A stretch of DNA of 64,000 bases from an uncultured Anaerolineae bacterium. GTDB taxonomy: Bacteria > Chloroflexota > Anaerolineae > JAADDB01. The DNA lies in the NCBI GenBank assembly GCA_964402285.1, contig CAYOAZ010000092.1, positions 15,978-79,977 on the forward strand, written 5' to 3'. The notes below the pieces were generated by a model. That model saw only the letters and a list, made by a program, of their open reading frames with translations, was not told the origin of the DNA and made no database searches. The position numbers were made by a program, and so were the translations under genes. This document shows, one piece after another, positions 19,547-27,583 of this stretch; the first letter of the stretch is position 1; each line of letters begins with the position of its first letter.

Positions 19547-21208
19547 ATGAAGGAGGTTCCATTGACTGATGTATTGCGTATTATTCCGCTAGGTGGGTTG
19601 GGCGAAATCGGCCGGAATATGATGGTCTTCGAGTACGGTGACGACATGATCATTGTTGACGCCGGCCTGATGTTCCCCTCCAACGACATGCTGGGCGTGG
19701 ACATTATCATTCCTGATGTCACCTATGTTATTGAACGACAAGATAACCTGCGGGGAATCATCCTCACCCACGGGCACGAAGACCACATTGGAGCCCTTCC
19801 CTACGTGCTCAAGCAACTGGATGTGGACGTTCCCATCTTCGGTACCCGCCTCACCCTAGGATTGGTAAACCTGAAACTGAAGGAGCACAAACTCCGCGAT
19901 GAGGATGTGCGGTTAATTGACGAGAACAGTGTGTTGAACCTCGGCGCGTTTACTGTGGAGTTCTTCCACGTGTGCCACAGTATTCCTGACGCGGTGGGGG
20001 TTACTTTGCGCACACCTGTGGGCCTTGTCCTGCACACCAGTGATTTCAAGTTCGACGACGCGCCCGTGGATGGGCGCCTGACTGAAGTAGCAAAACTGGA
20101 GGCATACGCGCGGGAAGGGGTTGATATTCTCCTGGCCGACTCCACCAACGCCGAGGTCCCCGGCTATACGCCTTCTGAACAGGAGATCGGTCGCAACTTC
20201 GAGCAGATCTTTCAACACGCGACCGGACGCATCATTGTTTCCACCTTTGCCTCCAATGTTTCCCGCGTGCAGCAACTGATTCAGATTGCTCGAAAGTTTG
20301 GACGGCGAGTAGGCGTTGTTGGCCGCAGCATGGTCAACATCGTAAAAATGGCTATTGATATGGGATACCTGGACATTACTCGGGAGGAACTTCTCTCCCC
20401 GGAACAGATGAACTCCCTGCCCCCTCACCAGGTCCTCATCATCTGTACAGGGTCCCAGGGAGAGCCCACCTCTGCGCTGGTGCGCATGGCTTTGGGCGAC
20501 CACAAACACATCCAAATCCGTCCCGGGGATACGGTCATCGTCTCTGCTGAACCCATTCCGGGAAACGAGGAGTTGGTGAACCGCACCATCGACAACTTGT
20601 TCCGCCAGGGCGCTGACGTCTATTACCACGATCTTTTCGACGTTCACGTGTCCGGGCATGGGAGCCGAGAGGATTATAAGACCATGATAGACCTTACGCG
20701 GCCGCGCTTTTTTGTGCCTATTCACGGGGAATATCGCCATTTGGTTTTGAACGCTCAGTTGGCCGCGGAGATGGGCGTTCCTAAGGATCATATATTCGTG
20801 GTTGAAAGCGGTCAGGTGCTGGAATTCGACGGCGAGCGCATGTGGAAGGGGGAACGTGTTACCGAGGGATATGTGTTTGTGGACGGGGCGGGGGTGGGCG
20901 ACATTGGTGAGGTGGTCCTGCGCGACCGACATCACCTTTCCCAGGATGGTTTCTTAGTGGCTATCGTGCCCCTGGATGTGCAAACCGGAACATTGACCAC
21001 CCGTCCAGAGATCCTCACCCGCGGGTTCATCGATCCAGAGGACGCGGCCCCGCTCATTGAGGAAGCGGTTGCCATCATTGCCGATCTCGTGAAGCCAGGG
21101 TTGGGTGCGCCCACCCTGACCGTCAAAATCAAGGAAGCGTTGAGTCGGCTGTGTTACAAACAGACCAAACGTCGGCCAATGATTTTGCCCGTCGTTCTGG
21201 AAGTGTAA
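19547..21208 (+). CDS. rnj: ribonuclease J (metallo-beta-lactamase/beta-CASP)
   Basis: LRIIPLGGLGEIGRNMMVFEYGDDMIIVDAGLMFP...GIILTHGHEDHIGALPY...beta-CASP...VHVSGHGSREDYKTMI. 553 aa. Confidence 0.9.
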   Translation: MKEVPLTDVLRIIPLGGLGEIGRNMMVFEYGDDMIIVDAGLMFPSNDMLGVDIIIPDVTYVIERQDNLRGIILTHGHEDHIGALPYVLKQLDVDVPIFGTRLTLGLVNLKLKEHKLRDEDVRLIDENSVLNLGAFTVEFFHVCHSIPDAVGVTLRTPVGLVLHTSDFKFDDAPVDGRLTEVAKLEAYAREGVDILLADSTNAEVPGYTPSEQEIGRNFEQIFQHATGRIIVSTFASNVSRVQQLIQIARKFGRRVGVVGRSMVNIVKMAIDMGYLDITREELLSPEQMNSLPPHQVLIICTGSQGEPTSALVRMALGDHKHIQIRPGDTVIVSAEPIPGNEELVNRTIDNLFRQGADVYYHDLFDVHVSGHGSREDYKTMIDLTRPRFFVPIHGEYRHLVLNAQLAAEMGVPKDHIFVVESGQVLEFDGERMWKGERVTEGYVFVDGAGVGDIGEVVLRDRHHLSQDGFLVAIVPLDVQTGTLTTRPEILTRGFIDPEDAAPLIEEAVAIIADLVKPGLGAPTLTVKIKEALSRLCYKQTKRRPMILPVVLEV

Positions 21209-21259
21209 CGCGCATCGACTTTCACAAAGTACACCTGCATTTTACTGAGGAGGTGAGTC

Positions 21260-21682
21260 ATGGCGTATGTGTTTCCGTCCGAGGAATGGGTAAAGGCTCT
21301 CAAAGATGCCATCAACAACAATGAGGCGTATCGCAGTGCGGCGAAGACCTGGGAGGGAGATTTTTACTTTGTCATTGAACCGGACAGTGCAACCACTCTG
21401 GAGAAGCCTGTCACCCTGTACATGGATTTATGGCATGGTGAGTGTCGTGACGCGTACGTTGTCGAGGATCCCGCCGCGCACAAGCAGCCGGAGTTCATCA
21501 TCTCTGCCCCGTACTCTGTGTGGAAACAAGTGGTCACGGGTAAGATGGATCCCATTCAAGCGTTGATGACCCGCAAACTGAAACTCAAGGGCAACTTGAT
21601 GAAGATTATGCGAGCAGTCAAAGCAGCCAACGAACTCGTCCGCTCTACCACCATGGTCCCCACTGAATTTCCGGACGCATAA
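21260..21682 (+). CDS. SCP2 sterol-carrier-like domain protein
   Basis: FYFVIEPDSATT...VWKQVVTGKMDPIQALMTRKLKLKGNLMKIMRAVKAANEL matches the SCP2 C-terminal block (...GKLDP..A.M.GKLKIKGNM...). Confidence 0.7.
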   Translation: MAYVFPSEEWVKALKDAINNNEAYRSAAKTWEGDFYFVIEPDSATTLEKPVTLYMDLWHGECRDAYVVEDPAAHKQPEFIISAPYSVWKQVVTGKMDPIQALMTRKLKLKGNLMKIMRAVKAANELVRSTTMVPTEFPDA

Positions 21683-21728
21683 CTCGCCGATTGTCCTTTT
21701 GGTCGCGCGGGCACATGAGGAGGCGAAT

Positions 21729-22895
21729 ATGTGGTTCTTCAACTCCCCGGAGATCATCTTTGGGGAAGACGCCCTATCCTATTTGGAGGAGTTGGAAGGG
21801 CATCGGGCTTTTATCGTGACCGATGCTAACGTGCTGGCTTTGGGCTTTCCGGAAGAGGTTGAAGCCATTCTCCGCCGATCTGGTCTGGAGGTTCACACGT
21901 TTTCGGATGTGGAGCCGGAGCCTTCGTTGCAGACTGTCCGGCAAGGGGCGGCTGCGATGGCGGCTTTTGCTCCGGATTGGATAGTGGGCATTGGCGGCGG
22001 GTCGGTGATGGATGCGGCGAAGGCCATGTGGATTTTGTACGAGCATCCGGACATTGATCCCGCGGCCATTAGTCCTATTGAACGCATTCCCCTGCGTCGC
22101 AAAGCGCGGCTCATCTGCATTCCCACCACCGCGGGCACTGGTGCGGAAGTCACATGGGCTATTGTGCTTACGGATCGGCAGGAGGGTCGGAAGTTGGGGT
22201 TAGGCACTCGCGACGCGCTGGCCGATATTGCCATTGTGGATCCCCGTTTTACCCGCGACCTTCCTCCGGCCATCACAGCAGCGACTGGCATGGATGTGCT
22301 GACGCACGCGGTGGAAGGGTACTCCAGCACGTGGGCGAACGATTTTACGGATGGGTTGTGTTTGCAGGCCGCGCGTATGGTGTTTGAGTATCTCCCGCGA
22401 GCGGTGGAATTAGGCGCAAGGGATCCCGAATCCCGTGAGAAGATGGCCAACGCGGCAACTATCGCGGGATTGGGGTTTGGTAATAGTATGGCCGCGTTGG
22501 CCCACGCGATGGGACACAGTGCAGGTTCTGTTTTCCACATTCACCACGGACGCGTGGTGGGCCTTCTGCTTCCATATACCATCGAATTTGTGGCCCGCGG
22601 TGGGGTTGGCCGCTACGCGGATCTGGCCCGTTGGTTAGGCCTTCCTGCTGCTGATGATCAGGAGGCCGGGTTGTCGCTGGCCAATGCGGTACGGGAGTTG
22701 GCCCGGCGCATTGGAGAACCGCTCTCCCTGCGGGATGCGGGGGTTCCGGAGGAGCGTTTTCGGGCCCACTTGGAACAGTTGTGTGATTTTGCTGAGGCCG
22801 ATCCGACCATTGTGACTTCGCGCCGTGTACCCACACGGGATGAGTTGTGTCGGTTGTTTGAGTACGCGTACCGGGGCGACCCTGTTGATTTCTAA
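21729..22895 (+). CDS. iron-containing (group III) alcohol dehydrogenase
   Basis: IIFGEDALSYLEELEGHRAFIVTD...GIGGGSVMDAAKAMWILYEHP...metal-binding His block HAMGHSAGSVFHIHHGR. RBS GAGGAGG before ATG at 21729. Confidence 0.85.
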   Translation: MWFFNSPEIIFGEDALSYLEELEGHRAFIVTDANVLALGFPEEVEAILRRSGLEVHTFSDVEPEPSLQTVRQGAAAMAAFAPDWIVGIGGGSVMDAAKAMWILYEHPDIDPAAISPIERIPLRRKARLICIPTTAGTGAEVTWAIVLTDRQEGRKLGLGTRDALADIAIVDPRFTRDLPPAITAATGMDVLTHAVEGYSSTWANDFTDGLCLQAARMVFEYLPRAVELGARDPESREKMANAATIAGLGFGNSMAALAHAMGHSAGSVFHIHHGRVVGLLLPYTIEFVARGGVGRYADLARWLGLPAADDQEAGLSLANAVRELARRIGEPLSLRDAGVPEERFRAHLEQLCDFAEADPTIVTSRRVPTRDELCRLFEYAYRGDPVDF

Positions 22896-22932
22896 TCCCG
22901 GTCCTTAGGACCCGATACCGAGGAATGCTGCC

Positions 22933-23448
22933 ATGCGCAAACAGCCGAATTCCAGCATGTGTTTTGTGTGTGGGATGAAGAACGTTGCCGGGTTGAAGGC
23001 CTTCTTCTACGAGACGGATGAGGGGGAGGTCATCGCCCGTTTTGTGCCGCAGGAAGTTCACCAGGGATATCCTGGACGTTTGCACGGTGGCATTGCTGCT
23101 GCTATTTTGGATGAGACAATCGGCCGGGCGTTGATGATCACGTATGGGGACAATGTGTGGGGGGTGACGGTGGAACTGAACCTGCGGTTTCGGGCTCCTG
23201 TGCCCATTAACACGGAACTGCAAGTGGTGGCTCGGATTACACGGGATACTAAGCGGATTTTCGAGGGGGAGGGGGAGTTGATTTTGCCTGATGGGACTGT
23301 TGCTGTGACTGCGAGGGGGAAGTACTTTAAACTGCGGCTCGAGGATATTGCCCAGGATGTGGACCTGGAAGAGGTGGAATGGCGCGTGGTACCTGATGAT
23401 CCCTTTACGCCACCATTGGTTCCGTTTCGGCGAAAGGGCAATGCGTGA
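22933..23448 (+). CDS. hotdog-fold (PaaI/YbgC-like) acyl-CoA thioesterase
   Basis: CFVCGMKNVAGLKAFFYETDEGEVIARFVPQEVHQGYPGRLHGGIAAAILDETIGRAL (thioesterase HGG...D motif). Confidence 0.7.
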   Translation: MRKQPNSSMCFVCGMKNVAGLKAFFYETDEGEVIARFVPQEVHQGYPGRLHGGIAAAILDETIGRALMITYGDNVWGVTVELNLRFRAPVPINTELQVVARITRDTKRIFEGEGELILPDGTVAVTARGKYFKLRLEDIAQDVDLEEVEWRVVPDDPFTPPLVPFRRKGNA

Positions 23449-23452
23449 TGTT

Positions 23453-24112
23453 TTATTGACCTACGCGGGGCTTACCCCCATGGCCAACTGCCTGCAGGTG
23501 GGCGGTATCGTTGTGGCGGATCAGTTTGGGGGTAGGCCCCATAATAAGTTCACTGATGGCGCAGTTAATCATGCCGTACTTCTTCCATTCTCCTCCGCGG
23601 CGTTCCAGGAGCAGGGCTAAAGCGGTGGCGATAGCGCCTCCATGTCCGACGATGAGAATTGTTTGTCCTTTGTGTTGTTCCGCGATGCGTTGGAACGCGT
23701 CCAGGACGCGCATGGCGAACTCATAAGCGGATTCTCCACCAGGTGGTGCCCAGTGTGGATCCTCGCTCATTCGATCCCACAAGCGACGTTCATAGCGCAG
23801 TTCTTGGTATGTAAGTCCCTCCCATTCTCCCAGGTTGTATTCGGACAGGTCTGGATCTTCGTATACGGGCACATTGCCCAGGGCTTGGGCAATGATTTCA
23901 GCGGTTTGGCGAGCGCGTTTCAGGGGGCTTGTGTAGATGGCGGCAATGTGGGGTTCTTCTTGGGCTAGACGTTGGGCCACGGCCTGGGCCTGCAGTTTGC
24001 CCCGTTCGTTGAGGGGGTGATCGGTTGCGCCCTGCCAGATGCCGGCGGCGTTGGCGTCTGTTTCCCCGTGTCGGACAATCAGCAAGCGTGTTTCTGATGG
24101 TTGGTGGCTCAT
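23453..24112 (-). CDS. histidine phosphatase (phosphoglycerate-mutase family)
   Basis: LLIVRHGETDANAAGIWQGATDHPLNERGKLQAQAVAQRL...IYTSPLKRARQTAEII (catalytic RHGE motif). Confidence 0.85.
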   Translation of the reverse strand: MSHQPSETRLLIVRHGETDANAAGIWQGATDHPLNERGKLQAQAVAQRLAQEEPHIAAIYTSPLKRARQTAEIIAQALGNVPVYEDPDLSEYNLGEWEGLTYQELRYERRLWDRMSEDPHWAPPGGESAYEFAMRVLDAFQRIAEQHKGQTILIVGHGGAIATALALLLERRGGEWKKYGMINCAISELIMGPTPKLIRHNDTAHLQAVGHGGKPRVGQ

Positions 24113-24189
24113 GGCCGCTTCCTCCGTTTGTGGACAGCAAAAAAGCGGGGGGAATCACTCCCGCCCGCCGGGCTTATGCTATACTGTAA

Positions 24190-24263
24190 TGGGCCGCGCA
24201 GGACTCGAACCTGCAACCTTGGGATTAAAAGTCCCCTGCTCTGCCATATTGAGCTAGCGGCCC
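24190..24263 (-). tRNA. tRNA-Lys (anticodon TTT)
   Basis: Reverse complement folds as acceptor GGGCCGC/GCGGCCC, D-stem GCTC/GAGC, anticodon loop CUUUUAA, T-arm GCAGGTTCGAGTCCTGC, discriminator A. There is one G-A mismatch at 27:43. Confidence 0.9.
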
Positions 24264-24360
24264 AATGCGGTTATAAGTATAGTGCGATGTGCGGAGTTTG
24301 CCAAACTTGGTGAGGTGTGAGGCCGATCTCGGGGCTCATTTTCTGTGGGAGGAGGGGGAG

Positions 24361-26571
24361 ATGGATGCTTCTGTGGTGCGAGTAGACATTCGGCGTCCCA
24401 ACTACAGGTATGCGGGTTTTGTGGTGTTGGCTTTGTCTGATGGTCGCGAGGTTCGGGTTCCCATGCCGGGTGCTGTGGCTCAGTGGTTGCGTCCTGGGCA
24501 GGAGTGTACGGTGACTCTGGATGATCCGGATGCGGTGACGTTTGAGAATTACACGTTGCACACGGAGGTGCAGGTGTGGCCTGTGTTTTCGCGGGAGTAC
24601 ACTCACCAGCGGCGGGCTCCGTTTTCGGATGAGGTGTTGTATGAGTATCGGGTTTTGGCTCGGGAGGCGCAGTTTGAGGGGGATTATGAGGCTATTGTGG
24701 AGTTGGAGCAGTACCATTATGCGTCGGATGAGGAGATTTTGGCCCGGTGGTATTGTGAGGAGTGTCATATTTACCAGGATGCCAATGTCCGTCCCACGTG
24801 TCCCCGGTGTGGGCAGCCCATGCGTTTCCATGATTTGAAGAGTGCGACGCGTGCTTCTCGTTTTCTGGTATTGGAGTTGGTGACGCGAGCGGCGTATGAG
24901 CCTCGGTTTGTTGGTTATGTGCGTGTTGATCCGCCTATTCCTTTGATGCATCGGCGTCTTCCGGATGGTCGGGTGGTTCCTAACATTCGGGAGCAGGTGT
25001 TTCCCAAGGGGTGGTTTGATCATCCCTTTCATCCTTCTCGTGAGCAGGGGGAAGGGCGGTCCTGGTGGGATGTGCAGGGGGATGCGTTGGCGGAGGCGCG
25101 TTCGCCTGTGTCGCGTTTGGCGCGTGTAGTGGTTCATCCGGACTATCGGGTGGATGGGTTTGGGCAGTTGGCGTTGCGGGTGTTGTTTGACTGGATGCGG
25201 GAGCGGTGGGTGCCGGAGATGCGGGTTCAGAAGAAGGCGGTGGAGACCATCGCGATGATGGCCCGCTATAATCCTTTCATGGAGAAGGTGGGGTTTGTGT
25301 ATATGTGGGATACGGCCAGTGGTCGGCCTGTGCTTTACTATCCGTTGGATGAGGAGGCGCGGGGGTACATTCGTTCTTTTCTGGAGAGGGATCCGGTGGC
25401 TCGGGAGCATGGGGGGCGGCTTTATCGGCCTCGGTTTGACATTGGGGACACGTTGTCGGGTCCTATTGTGTTGAAGGGGGTGCAGAAGGCGTACACGAGC
25501 CGTCTGGATTTATCTCAGGTGTCTGATGCGGTGCGGGAGGTGTTGGAGGCGTTTGGGGTGCGGCAGCGGGTGATTCAGAAGTATGTGTTGCGTGGGGCGT
25601 CGATGGAGATTGAGCCGGGGTCGGTGGTCGCCGTTCTTGGGGCTTCGGGGAGTGGGAAGACGACGTTATTGCGGTTGTTGTACGGGGCGATTGCTGGTTG
25701 TGAGGGGGCGTTGTATCAGGTGGATGGGGGGGCTATTGAGGTGCCGGAGAATGCTCGGGTGGAGGCGTTGTTGTTAAACGAGATTGAGCCTTCGTTTGGG
25801 GATGCGCCGGTGGCTGAGGTGTTGTATCGTCTTACTGGGGATGCGGCTTTGGCCATTGAGTTGTTGGGGTATGCGGGGATTTCGGATGCGGTGTTGTATC
25901 GGGCGCCTTTTTCGGAGTTGTCCACGGGGCAGAAGGAGCGGGCGAAGTTGGCGTACATGTTGGCGCGGCGGCCGAACGTCATTTTGGTGGATGAGTTCAC
26001 GGCGCACCTGGATCGGCGCACGGCGGTGCGGGTGGCGCGGCGGTTTGCTTCGTTGGCTCGGGAGAAGGGGTTGACGTTGGTGGTGGTGACGCATCGGGAG
26101 GAGGTGTTGGCTGCGTTGTCGCCGGATCGGGTGTATGTGGTTGGGTATGGGACGTTTTTTCCGTTGGATGAGGTCCCGGAGCGGGGTTTTCGGGTAAGGG
26201 AGCCTTATGCGACGTACATTGTGCAGGGGAAGAAGCGGTGGGAGATACGGCGGCATCCGACGCGTGTGAGGGGGCGAGTGGGGGTGATCAGTGGGGATAT
26301 GTTGTTGGGGTCGGTGGAGATTACGGGGGTGAAGGGGCCGTTTACGTTGGAGGAGTTGGCTGAGCACCAGGATAAGCATCTGGCGGATCCTCGTTTTTTG
26401 AGGTCGTATGCTCGGGGGGATGCGTTGTACGCGTGGGAGTTGGCCCGTCCTCGGGCGTATGTGCATCCTCGGCGGGTGAAGGCGAAGCGGGGGCAGCAGA
26501 TGTGGGTTCGTTTGGAGGATGTGTCGGAGGCTGCGGGGTCCGCGGGGGATGCGGGGGCGCGAGAGGAGTGA
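24361..26571 (+). CDS. multidomain fusion protein: N-terminal beta-rich domain, Zn-ribbon-containing GNAT-like acetyltransferase domain, soluble ABC-type ATPase domain, C-terminal ASCH (PUA-like) domain
   Basis: Strong RBS GGAGGAGGGGGAG before ATG at 24361. Zn ribbon CEECHIYQDANVRPTCPRCG. GNAT motif-A-like VVVHPDYRVDGFGQLALRVL. ABC motifs: Walker A GASGSGKTT, signature LSTGQKERAKLA, Walker B ILVDEFTAHLD, H-loop VVTHRE; no transmembrane domain. ASCH-like YATYIVQGKKRWEIRRHPTRVRGRVGVISGDMLLGSVEITGVKGPFTLEEL. Confidence 0.85.
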   Translation: MDASVVRVDIRRPNYRYAGFVVLALSDGREVRVPMPGAVAQWLRPGQECTVTLDDPDAVTFENYTLHTEVQVWPVFSREYTHQRRAPFSDEVLYEYRVLAREAQFEGDYEAIVELEQYHYASDEEILARWYCEECHIYQDANVRPTCPRCGQPMRFHDLKSATRASRFLVLELVTRAAYEPRFVGYVRVDPPIPLMHRRLPDGRVVPNIREQVFPKGWFDHPFHPSREQGEGRSWWDVQGDALAEARSPVSRLARVVVHPDYRVDGFGQLALRVLFDWMRERWVPEMRVQKKAVETIAMMARYNPFMEKVGFVYMWDTASGRPVLYYPLDEEARGYIRSFLERDPVAREHGGRLYRPRFDIGDTLSGPIVLKGVQKAYTSRLDLSQVSDAVREVLEAFGVRQRVIQKYVLRGASMEIEPGSVVAVLGASGSGKTTLLRLLYGAIAGCEGALYQVDGGAIEVPENARVEALLLNEIEPSFGDAPVAEVLYRLTGDAALAIELLGYAGISDAVLYRAPFSELSTGQKERAKLAYMLARRPNVILVDEFTAHLDRRTAVRVARRFASLAREKGLTLVVVTHREEVLAALSPDRVYVVGYGTFFPLDEVPERGFRVREPYATYIVQGKKRWEIRRHPTRVRGRVGVISGDMLLGSVEITGVKGPFTLEELAEHQDKHLADPRFLRSYARGDALYAWELARPRAYVHPRRVKAKRGQQMWVRLEDVSEAAGSAGDAGAREE

Positions 26572-26603
26572 GGAGTGTGTTTCACGTGAAACAAGGAGGG
26601 GAT

Positions 26604-27470
26604 ATGCCGTCCATTTGTGATTACGAAGGAAGCCGCTACAGCACAGAATTCTGGACACCAGAACGACGCTTCGAAGACCTGGCCGACCGCTACGCCCTGC
26701 GCAGCCTGTTGCCTCCCACCGGCGACACCCTCATCGAAGTGGGCGCAGGCTTCGGTCGCCTGGCCGACCTCTACGCCGGATACCGCCAAATCGTCCTCTT
26801 CGATTACGCACGCTCCATGCTGGAAGAAGCCCGCCAACGCCTGGGCCACGACCCCCGATTCCTCTTCGTCGTCGGCGACCTCTACCGGATGCCCCTCGCC
26901 TCCCACACCTTCGACACCGTTGTCATGGTACGCGTCATGCATCACCTGGAAGACGTCCCCACCGCCCTGCACCACCTGGCCCGCATCCTGAAACCCCACG
27001 GTACCCTCGTCCTCGAATTTGCCAACAAGCGCCATATCAAAGCCATCTTCCGCTACCTCCTCCGCCGCCAAACCTGGAGCCCCTTCGACCTCGAACCCCA
27101 CCCCTTCGTCCCCCTGAACTACGACTTCCACCCCCGCTGGATGGTCGAACGCCTGACCGACGCCGGCCTCACCGTGGACACCGTGCGCACCGCCTCCCAC
27201 TTCCGCATCCCCTGGCTCAAAAAACACATCCCCCCCCAACTCCTCGCCCGGGCCGACGCCCTACTGCAACGCATAGGAGCCCCCTTCAAACTCAGCCCCA
27301 GCATCTTCGTCCGCGCCCACCTCTCCTCCCCCCCACCCAACGCCCACCCCCTCGCCTTCCGATGCCCAACCTGCGGCTATGAACCCCTCCCCCCGGGCGA
27401 CAAAGACATCGTGTGCCCCCGTTGCGGCACACACTGGCCCTACGAAAACGGCCTTTACATCTTCAAATAA
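26604..27470 (+). CDS. class I SAM-dependent methyltransferase fused to a C-terminal Trm112-like zinc ribbon
   Basis: RBS AAGGAGGG before ATG at 26604. Motif I LIEVGAGFGRLADLY; post-I VVGDLYRMPL; motif III ILKPHGTLVLEF. C-terminus FRCPTCGYEPLPPGDKDIVCPRCGTHWPYENGLYIFK matches the Trm112/YcaR pattern CPxCxG..L...L.CxxC...YP...G.y.f. Confidence 0.8.
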   Translation: MPSICDYEGSRYSTEFWTPERRFEDLADRYALRSLLPPTGDTLIEVGAGFGRLADLYAGYRQIVLFDYARSMLEEARQRLGHDPRFLFVVGDLYRMPLASHTFDTVVMVRVMHHLEDVPTALHHLARILKPHGTLVLEFANKRHIKAIFRYLLRRQTWSPFDLEPHPFVPLNYDFHPRWMVERLTDAGLTVDTVRTASHFRIPWLKKHIPPQLLARADALLQRIGAPFKLSPSIFVRAHLSSPPPNAHPLAFRCPTCGYEPLPPGDKDIVCPRCGTHWPYENGLYIFK

Positions 27471-27583
27471 CGCACATTAAGCCCAAATTTTTCCACCTCC
27501 TATGACAAGATTTGCGCCTTTTCAATCCCGGTCTAAAATGGCGGAGTGTGATCACGGCGCAAGCACGTGACCAGGAGGCGCCT

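Noticed and set aside
19913-20935. 340-aa minus-strand ORF opposite rnj; likewise 3325-4122 (+) opposite clpC and 42567-43355 (+) opposite the beta-helix membrane protein
   Set aside because: Antisense to well-supported genes. Typical high-GC shadow ORFs.
21210-21230. Possible Rex operator near TTTCACAAAGTACAC upstream of the SCP2/Fe-ADH genes
   Set aside because: Only one half-site (TTCACAA) is present. The sequence is not palindromic with a TTGTGAA partner at the expected spacing.
24039-24313. ORFs 24039-24257 and 24101-24313 overlapping tRNA-Lys
   Set aside because: Region is occupied by a well-folded tRNA gene; the ORFs are spurious.
24271-26658. Two long minus-strand ORFs (24271-25410, 379 aa; 25774-26658, 294 aa) antisense to the fusion gene
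   Set aside because: Their translations are R/P/H/L-rich low complexity with no motifs. They exist only because the sense strand is so G+T-biased that the antisense has few stop codons. The plus-strand CDS has a strong RBS and coherent domains.
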